Source: a virus (taxonomy: Duplodnaviria > Caudoviricetes). Taken from it: 64,000 nucleotides of DNA. Location of the stretch: positions 24,120 to 88,119 of IMG/VR virus record IMGVR_UViG_2933088407_000001, one strand, 5' to 3'. The position numbers and the translations under genes were made by a program. Below, piece after piece: positions 1 to 8,620 of the stretch. Each line of letters starts with the position of its first letter. Position 1 is the first letter of the stretch. The notes under the pieces are model-generated. The model was not told the origin of the DNA and searched no databases. It saw only the letters and a list, made by a program, of their open reading frames with translations.

Positions 1-266
1 TCACCCGCCAGCTCCAAGAACGCATCGACGGCCTGCGGCGACAGCAGACGCTTCGCAGACCTGCCGCACCCCTCGGGCATCCCCTCATGCTCGACCGCGG
101 CCGCGAGCTGCTTGACCGTCGCCCGCAGCTGCCGGGCCCGCGACACCGACACCTGCCGGCCCCGCCGCAACGGCGGCCGCGCCTCCCACCGCGCAGGGTC
201 CCGCGGCGCCACCCGCTCCACCAACGCCTCAAGCCGCCGCACCGCCGGCGCCTGCTGCTCGGTCAT
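1..266 (-). CDS. hypothetical protein, partial (runs off left edge)
   Basis: Read manually: ATG at 266 with GGAG RBS, MTEQQAPAVRRLEALVERVAPRDP..., open to position 1. Confidence 0.6.
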   Translation of the reverse strand, partial: MTEQQAPAVRRLEALVERVAPRDPARWEARPPLRRGRQVSVSRARQLRATVKQLAAAVEHEGMPEGCGRSAKRLLSPQAVDAFLELAG

Positions 267-283
267 CGTGTTCTCCGCCCGTC

Positions 284-850
284 TCAGGTCAACCCACTCA
301 TGGCGTCCCAGGTGTTCTGCCGAGGGGGTGCTGGCTGCGCGAACTCCTTGCGAAACGGATCCCAGTACCGCAGTTGGACGCCGAGCATCTTGGTTGGGTG
401 ACGCTCGCGGTAGCGGTCGTAGACCGTTCCCGGAAGGCCGTTCATTCCCTCGTTGGTGTTGCAGGTACGGCACAGCAGCCCGCGAACCAGCCCGGTGTCG
501 TGGTCATGGTCCGTCACTAGCCGCTCGACGCCTCCGCAGATGGCGCAGCGGCCATCCTGCCAGGCACGCAATCGGTCCTCCGCTTGTTCTTCAGAGGCGG
601 CGCCGGGTCGGTCTACAGGCCAGCTCCAACAGATGGGAGGGCCCGTCACAAGAGCGGCGTAACGCTGACGGTACGGCTCCCAAGCCGCGGCACTCTCCGC
701 CTGCCTGGCCCTGTAGTCGGTGCGCTCTTCCTGGGTCAAATGGGTCACGCACGACTCGTACGGATGGAGCCGGAAGCCCTGGCACGGTTTCTTTGTCGTC
801 GCGGTGGCTCGACCGCAGCGCGGGGGCGGTACGAACGCGATGTCATTCAC
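284..850 (-). CDS. endonuclease VII-domain (His-Me finger) protein
   Basis: Motif CAICG...LVTDHDHDTGLVRGLLCRTCN. GTG start at 850 overlaps the recombinase stop (GTGA). Confidence 0.85.
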   Translation of the reverse strand: MNDIAFVPPPRCGRATATTKKPCQGFRLHPYESCVTHLTQEERTDYRARQAESAAAWEPYRQRYAALVTGPPICWSWPVDRPGAASEEQAEDRLRAWQDGRCAICGGVERLVTDHDHDTGLVRGLLCRTCNTNEGMNGLPGTVYDRYRERHPTKMLGVQLRYWDPFRKEFAQPAPPRQNTWDAMSGLT

Positions 851-1878
851 AGTCCGAGTCCGATCAGCGCGTTGTCCTGCTCGTCCCACTGGTCCACGAT
901 CTGCATGTAGCCGTCCAGCACCTTCGACCCCTCCTTGTGCCCCGTGATCGCCGCGATGGCCTTACGGTCCTTGCCCTTGCGGCGTGCCTCCGTCGCGAAC
1001 CCGGAGCGTACCGAGTGGCCCGTGAACAGAGCCTCGACCCCAGCGCGGAGGCCGGCCGCGGTGATGAGATCGCCGGCACGCTGCGGCGTGAGGCCCTGCG
1101 GCTGCACGGCGCCGGTGTGGTGGATGCGGCGGAAAGCGTGCCGGTCCGGGGCGGCGATCTGCGCGGCCTCGACCCATTCCTTCCAGGCCCGCACGGGGCA
1201 GGTGGCCGGGTTGGTGCCGAACGGTACGGGCACCGTGCGGGGCTCGGTCTTGGACACGCGCACGTCGACCAGGAGCCCGTTGTCGTCGTCGCGGATGTTG
1301 CGCAGGCGCAGTCCGGCGAGCTCGGCGCGGCGGGCTGCGATGGAGAACCCGAGGAGCAGCATGGCCCGGTCGCGGATACCGAAGATGTCGCCGTCGCACT
1401 TGTCGACGATGAGACGCAGTGTGTCCAGCCGCATGGCTGGCGCCTTGCCCCGGCCTCGGGCTGGCTCCTCTGCCTCCTCGGCCTTCTTGCGGTAGTCCTT
1501 CAGCAACTCCCGGGCGGCCTTGGTGTCTTCGGGGCTGATGACGACGCCGTACTGGGTGCGCAGGGTGACGGTGACGCCGGCGAGCTTGCGGTCGATGGTG
1601 GAGTAGGCGCGTTTCTCCCGGTTCCACAGGTAGTCGACGAAGGCGCGCAGCGTGCCGCGGGTGGCGGCGGTGGTGGGGATCTGGAGCTGGCCGCAGAAAG
1701 CGGTCCAGGTCTTCCAGTCCGCGGCGTAGGAGCGGACAGTGTTGTCTGGGCGTTGGTCCTGGGCGTGCTCGTCGGATGCGGTGTCGAGGGCGGCGAGGCG
1801 AGCGCGGAGGGCGTCGTCGAACTCTGCGGGCAGCAGCGGGGCTTGGGCGGGTCTGGCGGGCAGATTGTCGGTGCTCAC
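847..1878 (-). CDS. Cre-like tyrosine site-specific recombinase
   Basis: RDRAMLLLGFSIAARRAEL (catalytic R), VSKT (K), GHSVRSGFAT (HxxR), ITGH..LDGY (H, Y). N-terminal core-binding domain NTVRSYAADW. GTG start overlaps the upstream stop. Confidence 0.9.
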   Translation of the reverse strand: MSTDNLPARPAQAPLLPAEFDDALRARLAALDTASDEHAQDQRPDNTVRSYAADWKTWTAFCGQLQIPTTAATRGTLRAFVDYLWNREKRAYSTIDRKLAGVTVTLRTQYGVVISPEDTKAARELLKDYRKKAEEAEEPARGRGKAPAMRLDTLRLIVDKCDGDIFGIRDRAMLLLGFSIAARRAELAGLRLRNIRDDDNGLLVDVRVSKTEPRTVPVPFGTNPATCPVRAWKEWVEAAQIAAPDRHAFRRIHHTGAVQPQGLTPQRAGDLITAAGLRAGVEALFTGHSVRSGFATEARRKGKDRKAIAAITGHKEGSKVLDGYMQIVDQWDEQDNALIGLGL

Positions 1879-2126
1879 GCCTGGCCGCCACTGTCCGCGG
1901 GGACAGGACCTGTCTCGAGAGAGTTGGTCAGGAGGACCGCTTCGGCAGAGATCAGGGAGGCAGCCTCGGTGTGACCTTGGGCGCGCAGCTTGTCGGCTAG
2001 TGCCCACGTGTAACGGGCGAGGTTGGCGTCGATGACCCATTCCTCGCCGGGCTTGAGCATACGGCGGGAGTGCAGCGCCTCGATGAAGGTGTCTCGGGCG
2101 CTGCCCATGACTGTCTGGTCGGCCAT
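1875..2126 (-). CDS. hypothetical protein
   Basis: ORF track. ATG at 2126 has an AAGGGG RBS, and the stop is coupled to the recombinase start. Confidence 0.6.
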   Translation of the reverse strand: MADQTVMGSARDTFIEALHSRRMLKPGEEWVIDANLARYTWALADKLRAQGHTEAASLISAEAVLLTNSLETGPVPADSGGQA

Positions 2127-2149
2127 CTTCGTCCCCTTGTTCGGATCGC

Positions 2150-2195
2150 GATCACTCGCCATATGTGAGCTTATCCCGCATCAGAACGAGTGATC
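2150..2195. promoter_or_regulatory. candidate recombinase crossover / operator site
   Basis: Inverted repeat GATCACTCG/CGAGTGATC brackets a dif/lox-like core ACTCGCCATAT-GTGAGC-TTATCCCGCAT, just upstream of the recombinase operon. Confidence 0.3.
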
Positions 2196-2254
2196 CCCTA
2201 TCTGGCGACCCGATCCTCTTGCGATCAATACCTTAAGGACTGTAAGGTTTCTTC

Positions 2255-2689
2255 ATGCAGAAGTCCTACGGCATTGAAGCCGCCCGCGCCCAGCTCGGCG
2301 AAATCGCCGACTACGTCCGCACCAGCGGCGAAACCATCGCCTTGACCCGGCACGGCCGACCCATCGCAGTCATCGGTCCCACCAAGGCCGTAAAGCCGGC
2401 CGGCGGCGTGGAGGCCACGTTGTACTACCCGCACACTGAGCGAACCTGCGTCCTACCCGCCCTCCCCCGAACCGGCGAAGAGCTCGTCCAAGACGAGGAA
2501 TTGAGCCCGACTGAGAGCACCGAAACGAGGTGGATCATTACCGAAGTGCAGTGGCACCTGGCCGTCGACAGCTCACCCTCAGTCGGTATCACCCTCGACC
2601 CGGCAGACGACCACACGCGCCAGATCATGAAGCAGCAGGAAGCAGACCGCATCGCAGCCGCACGCGCCCGCCGTACCACCGAGCAGTGA
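2255..2689 (+). CDS. Phd/YefM-type DNA-binding domain protein (orphan antitoxin-like)
   Basis: N-terminus YGIEAARAQLGEIADYV..GETIALTRHGRPIAVI is a typical Phd/YefM fold. TAAGGT -10 lies 6 nt before the ATG (leaderless). Confidence 0.75.
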   Translation: MQKSYGIEAARAQLGEIADYVRTSGETIALTRHGRPIAVIGPTKAVKPAGGVEATLYYPHTERTCVLPALPRTGEELVQDEELSPTESTETRWIITEVQWHLAVDSSPSVGITLDPADDHTRQIMKQQEADRIAAARARRTTEQ

Positions 2690-2693
2690 GGAC

Positions 2694-2912
2694 ATGACCA
2701 TGAGCGGACAGCGCCAATACGACGTCGACTGGACCGACGAAGGCAACCCGCGCATCGTCCACGCCCAGCCCGGCGACGACGCAATGACCTTGATCGAAGC
2801 TCAGCAGGCCCTGCGTGACGGCTTGGACGAGGTCGAGGCCGCCCGAGAGTCGGTCGAGCAGGGCCTGGAGAGCATGTTCCGGCGCCTCGGCCAGCCAACC
2901 ACTGAGCAGTGA
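2694..2912 (+). CDS. hypothetical protein
   Basis: ORF directly after the previous gene, GAGG RBS, acidic helical protein. Confidence 0.6.
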   Translation: MTMSGQRQYDVDWTDEGNPRIVHAQPGDDAMTLIEAQQALRDGLDEVEAARESVEQGLESMFRRLGQPTTEQ

Positions 2913-2933
2913 GGACGCCCCCTCCGCACGTAT

Positions 2934-2966
2934 GAAGTCCCGGCCGCTGGAATCGGCCGGGGCTTC
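2934..2966. terminator. intrinsic terminator-like hairpin between convergent units
   Basis: GAAGTCCCGGCCG-7 nt-CGGCCGGGGCTTC. Confidence 0.65.
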
Positions 2967-3093
2967 TACATCCCACAGTAGATCAAGCCAGGCCCCCGAC
3001 CGCAGGAGCGGGCCGCGAAGCGGCTGGTCAGAGGCGCAGCTAAGCGGAATGCTCGACCCCGTTATTTATGTCCCAGAAGTATAGGACGCCGGA

Positions 3094-5019
3094 TCAGGCA
3101 GGCAGAATCTCACGCCACGCAGCCACAATCCGCCGCGACAGATAGACGTGCCCCGCGTCCGTCGGATGCACCGCATCCCCACCCACGTAAGCCGCCGCGT
3201 TGCCGCTCGTGATGAACCCGCCATGCGTCGCCAGCAACGTCCCGGCCGCGTCGTACACCGCCCCCGTGATCGGCGAGACGAACGGGAACCCGGCGTTCGC
3301 GGCCGCCGTGCGCAGCGTGGTGTCCGTGTTTGTGATGCTCGCTCCAGGGCTCGCCGTCGGAGACCAGCACCCCAGCACCAGTACCTGGCAGTTCGGCAGC
3401 CCCGTCTTGATGGCGGAGAACAGGCTCGCCGCGGCTGTGCCGATCGCGGACTGCGAGCCGCCGTTGTCGTTGTAGCCTCCCCACACCACCAGGCGGTCCG
3501 GTGCCCACGCCACCACATCCGCGGCCAGCCGGTCCGCGAACGTCGCGTAGCTGCCCGGGGTGATGTACCCCGTGCCGCCCCTCCCCTGGTCCCACGCATC
3601 CGTCGAACCGAGCAGCCGAGCCGCGCGGTGAAACCACGTGCCGGCCCCGGCGCCGGTGTTGTGCGCCGAGCCGTCGCTGATGCTGTCGCCCAGCACCATC
3701 AGCCGGCCGCCCTGCAGCGGCACGCGCCACATCGTCGCCGACGGCGGGAGGTAGACCCCACCGAACGGCATCGTGTAGAAGTCCAGCCGGATCCGGCGCG
3801 GAGCAGCCGACCCCAGGTCAATCGTCAGCATGTGCCCGGAGCCTGCGGTCGTGCCGCCGCTGGACTGCGTCAGGTCTGTCACCTTGCGGCCGTCGATGCT
3901 CAGCCGGTACATGCTCGCCGAGGAGATGTACTTGAATCTGACCTGCAGCGTCTGGGCGTCCGTGCCGAACTCCACCGACCACACGCCCTGGCCCGAGCTG
4001 TAGGTGTTCGGGTACTTGCTGAGCGGCAGGACGTAGTTGGTGTCCGGGCTGCTCGCCCCGATCGCGAAGCTCCCGGCGCCGGCGTAGGCGTACGGCCCGG
4101 TCACGTCCGTACCCGCCAAAGCCACCAGCGGCGGGGCGTACTTGATGTAGCCAGTCGTCGGCGTCGTCGTCTGTGCCGTGCTGATAGTCGGCGCGCTCCC
4201 GGTGTACAGGGAGTCCGCCAGCGCGGGATCCGGAAGGTCCCGGCGCCGCCATGCCGTAGCGACCGGTCCCTGCGGACCGGTCGCACCTGTGGCTCCCGTC
4301 GGGCCAGCAGGCCCCTGTGCGCCCGTCGCTCCGGTCGCGCCTTGCGGGCCAGTTGCGCCAGTCGGGCCGGGATCCCCCTGCGGGCCCTGGCTTCCGGTCG
4401 CCCCCGTGGGTCCCGCCGGTCCTTGCTCCCCGGTGTCGCCCTTGGGGCCGGTCGCGCCGGTGGGTCCTGTATCGCCGGCGTCCCCCTTCAGGCCTTGCGC
4501 TCCCGCCGGTCCCGTGGGGCCGGGGTCTCCCTGGTCTCCCTTCGGGCCAGTGGTGCCGGCCGGGCCTTGAGGGCCTGTTGCTCCGGTCTCGCCCTGCGGT
4601 CCGGCGGGTCCACTTGCCCCGGCCGGTCCGGTCGGTCCGGCCGGGCCCGGCACGTAGACGATCGTGCCCGTGCCCAGTGGCGTGCCGGACAGTGCGATAC
4701 GCAGGTCTCCCAGCCAGTACGGCCCGTCGGTCTCCGGGACCACGACGTACGCGGTGTTCGGGGTGCCATTCAGTGCGCGGCCCTCGGTTATCGCCCAGGC
4801 CGTGTCGCCGGCATCCGCGGTGATGGCCCCGTTCGGGGTGAGGTCCAGTTCCCAGGACCCGTCCTCGCCGGGCGTCACCGAGTCCTGCCCGGTGATCTCG
4901 CCACTCTCACTGGAGACGTAGCCCACCACCCGCTCCCCCGCCAGATCCACCAGCACCGCTGTGACCTGCACGCGCGTCGGGTCTGGCACATCAAGCAGCT
5001 TGCCCTGCACCACGGTCAT
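3094..5019 (-). CDS. collagen-repeat protein with C-terminal SGNH/GDSL hydrolase (putative fibre/esterase)
   Basis: 43 Gly-X-Y triplets. SGNH blocks GDSIS, GRGGTGY, GGYND, DAVHP. Confidence 0.85.
   Translation of the reverse strand: MTVVQGKLLDVPDPTRVQVTAVLVDLAGERVVGYVSSESGEITGQDSVTPGEDGSWELDLTPNGAITADAGDTAWAITEGRALNGTPNTAYVVVPETDGPYWLGDLRIALSGTPLGTGTIVYVPGPAGPTGPAGASGPAGPQGETGATGPQGPAGTTGPKGDQGDPGPTGPAGAQGLKGDAGDTGPTGATGPKGDTGEQGPAGPTGATGSQGPQGDPGPTGATGPQGATGATGAQGPAGPTGATGATGPQGPVATAWRRRDLPDPALADSLYTGSAPTISTAQTTTPTTGYIKYAPPLVALAGTDVTGPYAYAGAGSFAIGASSPDTNYVLPLSKYPNTYSSGQGVWSVEFGTDAQTLQVRFKYISSASMYRLSIDGRKVTDLTQSSGGTTAGSGHMLTIDLGSAAPRRIRLDFYTMPFGGVYLPPSATMWRVPLQGGRLMVLGDSISDGSAHNTGAGAGTWFHRAARLLGSTDAWDQGRGGTGYITPGSYATFADRLAADVVAWAPDRLVVWGGYNDNGGSQSAIGTAAASLFSAIKTGLPNCQVLVLGCWSPTASPGASITNTDTTLRTAAANAGFPFVSPITGAVYDAAGTLLATHGGFITSGNAAAYVGGDAVHPTDAGHVYLSRRIVAAWREILPA
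4261..4647 (-). repeat. collagen Gly-X-Y coding repeat (43 triplets)
   Basis: Uninterrupted [12 protein letters not shown]... triplets, counted in the translation. Confidence 0.9.
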
Positions 5020-5336
5020 CGATCAGCGTCCTTCGGGTTGGGGCGCTGAACACGGAGGACCATCACCGTGCGCTGCGCCAATAGGCCGGCGATCAGCAGG
5101 AGAACCACGGCCCGCAGAATGCGCAGGGCAGCAGCCGCGGGACCTTCCTGGCCCACGATGGCTATGGCGACGGTGTACGCGCCCAACGCGCCGATCGCTG
5201 CGCCCAGCGACATCAGGTGCCAGCCCATGATGGTCGAGCGCCACGGGGCCTTGAGGTGGTACGTCACGACGAACACGAGCGCGGAAACGAAGACAATTCC
5301 ACTGACCACGGTGTTGATCCACTCGGCGCTGCTCAT
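5016..5336 (-). CDS. putative holin (3 TM)
   Basis: Three hydrophobic segments and a WRST.MG.HLM motif, within the lysis cassette. Confidence 0.65.
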   Translation of the reverse strand: MSSAEWINTVVSGIVFVSALVFVVTYHLKAPWRSTIMGWHLMSLGAAIGALGAYTVAIAIVGQEGPAAAALRILRAVVLLLIAGLLAQRTVMVLRVQRPNPKDADR

Positions 5337-5554
5337 CTCGGGGTCCCCTCGATGGCCTCGCGGAACATCTCCGCAAAGTGGTTCCGCTCCCTCAGCCTGC
5401 GCAGCTTATTGGTGGCCTCGTCGACCTCTGGGCGACGCTCCTCAGCCTCAAGCCGGGCGGCCTGCGCGCGCTCAACCGCGCGCTGGGCCGCCTTCTGGCC
5501 GGGGGTGGGGCGCCCCCTCCGCCTAACGCAGAGGAGCCTCGTCCATCGGATCAC
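5333..5554 (-). CDS. small coiled-coil lysis-region protein
   Basis: Overlaps its neighbours; ends ERNHFAEMFREAI, typical of actinophage lysis cassettes. Confidence 0.6.
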   Translation of the reverse strand: MIRWTRLLCVRRRGRPTPGQKAAQRAVERAQAARLEAEERRPEVDEATNKLRRLRERNHFAEMFREAIEGTPR

Positions 5555-5822
5555 TCTGCACCTCCCCCCGCTTGGGCAGAGAGTCCAGGACGTGGCCCGC
5601 GGTATGCGCGAGCTCCATCAGCTGCCGGTTCTGGTCGCGTTCCTCGGCCCGTGCCGCCTCCGACTCGGTGTGAGCGTCGCGCCAGGTGTTTCGCTCTTCC
5701 CTCATGTCGTCGTAGGTGCGCCGCGGTATCAGCCGGCCCGTGAGGACCATCAGGACGACGACGGCCAGCAGGGCCACAGCGCCACCTTGGGCGATGTCGA
5801 TGCCCATCAGCTCAGCAGCCAT
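5523..5822 (-). CDS. membrane protein (1 TM + coiled coil), lysis cassette
   Basis: GGAVALLAVVVLMVLTGRLIPR followed by a coiled coil; GGAGG RBS. Confidence 0.7.
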   Translation of the reverse strand: MAAELMGIDIAQGGAVALLAVVVLMVLTGRLIPRRTYDDMREERNTWRDAHTESEAARAEERDQNRQLMELAHTAGHVLDSLPKRGEVQSDPMDEAPLR

Positions 5823-5950
5823 GCCGCCTCCAGGATCTTGCGTTCACTGCGTGTGGGGTCCGATTCGTGGGTGGGTGGTCGACATGGTGGGCGGCTCATT
5901 CGTCTGCCGTGCTGCCGCAGCAGTCAGCGCGGCAGACGGGAGCCGCCACA

Positions 5951-6316
5951 TCAGACGCTGCGGACGGTGGTCGCGGGCCGGACCTCCGCGGCAGATACCG
6001 GGGCGGTGACCTGCGTGCGGTCGAACATCGCCACCAGCGCGGCCGCGAGGGACATGAACACGGCCTGCTTGTCCGCCGACCAGTCCAGGCCGAAGCCGAC
6101 TGCCAGGGCGACGACGGCCTGGACGAAGCCGAGGACGGCCGCGCCGATCGCGTCGTGCGCCATGACCGCGAGGATCAGGCCGACCGCGGCCGCCGCCACG
6201 GCGTTGATCCACGCCTGCTGGTCCGCGGTGACCTCGAGGGCGAAGGCGGAAACGACCTTCACGAGGATGGCGATGAAGCTCAAAATGAGTGCCGGTTCCC
6301 GGCCGAAGATCTTCAC
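5951..6316 (-). CDS. holin
   Basis: Starts VKIFGREPAL, has 4 hydrophobic segments and ends RTQVTAPV; immediately downstream of the endolysin. Confidence 0.8.
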   Translation of the reverse strand: MKIFGREPALILSFIAILVKVVSAFALEVTADQQAWINAVAAAAVGLILAVMAHDAIGAAVLGFVQAVVALAVGFGLDWSADKQAVFMSLAAALVAMFDRTQVTAPVSAAEVRPATTVRSV

Positions 6317-6350
6317 GATGGTTCTCCAATGGATGGGGGTGTGTAGGTGC

Positions 6351-7655
6351 TCAGACCTTGGGGACCTTGAGGGCCGCCCACGACTTGGCGCCGGGAATCC
6401 CGTCGGCGTCTGATCCGGAATAGCCGAGCTTGATCTGCCAAGCGCGATAGCTGGCCTTGTCGACGTTGGTCCAGTTCGGACCGGGGCCGTCCTTGTACCG
6501 GCCGCAGCCTTCAGCGACGAGCCGGCGGCCCATCGCGGTGATGATCTGGCTGTGTCGGCCGCCGTGGAAGAATGACGAGCCGGGGAACGGCTCGTACTGC
6601 GGAGTGCTGGGCTTGGACGCGGCGCCGGAGACCTTGAGCTTCTGGCCAACCTTGATCTCGTCGGCGTCCTTGAGGTCGTTCAGCGAGACGAGCTTGGCGA
6701 CGGTCGTGCCGTACTTCTTCGCGATGGCGGAGAGCGTGTCGCCCTTCTTCACCGTGTACGTCGTCGTACCGCCGCTGTCCGAGGAGCCACCCGTGTCGCT
6801 GGCAGCCTTGCCGGGGACCTTGGCCGTGTCGATCGCGCCCGGATCTCCGTGATCATTGCCGGGGACCTGGGAGTGGCCGTAATGCCCGGCCTTGGACTGC
6901 CAGACCGACCGGGACCGGGCATCGCTTCCGCTCGGGTAGGCCGGCGGCTTACCCGCGGGCCAGGTGTCGGGGATTCCCCAGGCGCGGCCAGCGGCCAGCA
7001 GCTTCTGGAAGTTCGGCTTCTTCGCCGGATCGAAGCCGTTGGTCCACGGGGATGCGGCGCGGCCAAGGACCTCGACCTGGATGTTGACCTTGCCCTCGCG
7101 GTTGGTGCGGCGGGCGCCGTCGTTCTTGAGGGCGCGGCCGGACTGGTTGAGGGGCCCGAACTGGCCGATCTTGTCGGTGACGGGATCGTAGATGACCTGA
7201 GGCTCGGCGCCGACGCGGATCAGGTACGCGCCGATCGACGTCAGGTACGAGCTGCCTGCCGGGGATTCGGTGGTGTGCCAGGTGAACCGCGCTCCGGACT
7301 CGGGGTGGTCCATGGAGCCGCCGATGGACTGGTCGCCGAGCTTGGTGGCGCCGGATATGTACGCCGGGCCGGATGCCTGCCGCGGCATGCCCTCCTCGGC
7401 CGGTCCCGGGTAAGGCTGCCGGACGTCGAACGCCGGGGCGTCGGTCGGCACGTACACGTCCAGGTCGCCGTCGTCCCGGAGTACGCAGAACGCGCCGGGC
7501 TGCCGGTGCTCCTTTACGAAGCGCGGCGCCTTGTCCAGCGCGGCGATGGCGCGGACCTCGTCGGCGTGCGCCTGGTCGACGGTGCCGAGGTAGGTGGTGG
7601 TGAGCTGGTTGGTCTCGGGGTCGAGGTGATCGACCGCGACGTGGTACTCGGTCAT
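6351..7655 (-). CDS. endolysin: N-acetylmuramoyl-L-alanine amidase + LysM + C-terminal peptidoglycan-binding domain
   Basis: Amidase Zn motifs WHTTE and [16 protein letters not shown]; Lys[18 protein letters not shown]; C-terminal ADGIPG..SW PG-binding motif. Confidence 0.88.
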   Translation of the reverse strand: MTEYHVAVDHLDPETNQLTTTYLGTVDQAHADEVRAIAALDKAPRFVKEHRQPGAFCVLRDDGDLDVYVPTDAPAFDVRQPYPGPAEEGMPRQASGPAYISGATKLGDQSIGGSMDHPESGARFTWHTTESPAGSSYLTSIGAYLIRVGAEPQVIYDPVTDKIGQFGPLNQSGRALKNDGARRTNREGKVNIQVEVLGRAASPWTNGFDPAKKPNFQKLLAAGRAWGIPDTWPAGKPPAYPSGSDARSRSVWQSKAGHYGHSQVPGNDHGDPGAIDTAKVPGKAASDTGGSSDSGGTTTYTVKKGDTLSAIAKKYGTTVAKLVSLNDLKDADEIKVGQKLKVSGAASKPSTPQYEPFPGSSFFHGGRHSQIITAMGRRLVAEGCGRYKDGPGPNWTNVDKASYRAWQIKLGYSGSDADGIPGAKSWAALKVPKV

Positions 7656-8476
7656 TGGCTGGTCCTGTCGAGGCGGGGCTGGACGAGGTCGATCTCGCTG
7701 CGCAGCTGCTGGTAGACGGCGAGGGACATGCGGAAGGAGCCGGAGTCGCCCCAGGAGGAGCCCCAGCTGTTTTGCACGCGCAGGACGGTGTGCTCGTAGG
7801 AGAAGTCGCCCTCGACCTCGGCGACGGACTCCAGGGCTGTGATGAGGACTTCGTGGCCGCCGGCGACCGGAGAGGACTCCCAGTTGGGGATCTCATCGAG
7901 GAGTGCTGTGCTGGAGACCGGGGTGAAGAAGGCGTCCCGCCAAGGCATTCCCATGAGGACGGGGCCGGTCTGGAGGAGCATGCACAGCTCTTCGGCGGTG
8001 GTGGCGTGGCCGTACTGGTCGATGAGGCCTCGGCGTCGGAGGGCCTTGGCGACGCCGAGGCCGGAGGAGCCGCAGTCGTCGTTGGGCCAGGTGTAGTCCA
8101 GCCATTCGTCGGCCTGGGTGGCGTCGGCGTACAGGCCGATCGCCCACCGTTCGGCGGCGATCGGGTCGCTGGTGTCGAGGCCCGCGGCGGTGCAGGCGGC
8201 GGAGTCGAGGAGGACGGAGATGCAGGCGGTGGCGGCGTTGGCGGTGCAGGAGCCGAGGGCGTCCACGTCGTCCACGCCGTTGAACATCTCCGACGTCCTG
8301 ATGCCTTGCTTCAGCAGGTCCTGCTGGTCCAGGAGCGGAATCTTCGGGGCCCACTCGACGGTGCGGATGGTCTCGCCGGAGTAGGGGCGGCGGTAGGCGA
8401 GGCTGCGCGGGTCCAGCACGCGGTGCCGGCCCAATGAGCCAGTTACGTCGTACTGCTGAATGTCGAGGTCGGGCAA
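7652..8476 (-). CDS. papain-like (C1) cysteine peptidase
   Basis: Catalytic motifs GSCTANA, GGHEV, VQNSWG..WG..G. TTG start with GGAG RBS. Confidence 0.85.
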   Translation of the reverse strand: MPDLDIQQYDVTGSLGRHRVLDPRSLAYRRPYSGETIRTVEWAPKIPLLDQQDLLKQGIRTSEMFNGVDDVDALGSCTANAATACISVLLDSAACTAAGLDTSDPIAAERWAIGLYADATQADEWLDYTWPNDDCGSSGLGVAKALRRRGLIDQYGHATTAEELCMLLQTGPVLMGMPWRDAFFTPVSSTALLDEIPNWESSPVAGGHEVLITALESVAEVEGDFSYEHTVLRVQNSWGSSWGDSGSFRMSLAVYQQLRSEIDLVQPRLDRTSQ

Positions 8477-8577
8477 CGCCCCGGGCTCCTACGCTCCCCG
8501 CGCCTGAGCTGATGTGTGTCTCTGACCGGCGCGGTGCGCTGTCAGTCCCTCGGGGAGAGCGGAGGGTCGCTGGGTTC

Positions 8578-8609
8578 AGAGTACGGGCGATCAGTCCCGG
8601 CGTTGCCCC
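8578..8609 (-). promoter_or_regulatory. putative phage late promoter for the lysis cassette
   Basis: Minus strand GGGGCAACGCC-N15-TACTCT, same motif and spacing as upstream of the portal gene. Confidence 0.6.
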
Positions 8610-8620
8610 TGCAGGGGTCA

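Noticed and set aside
112-1974. 620-aa plus-strand ORF, and similar long Arg/Pro/Gly-rich ORFs (e.g. 3148-5049, 17356-19038, 23517-25463, 47954-49642)
   Set aside because: Antisense or off-frame shadows of well-supported genes, with no motifs or RBS.
4261-4647. Tandem repeats as a possible CRISPR or VNTR array
   Set aside because: 9-bp periodicity with synonymous variation is explained by collagen coding; there is no repeat-spacer structure. No CRISPR array or cas gene was seen anywhere in the window.
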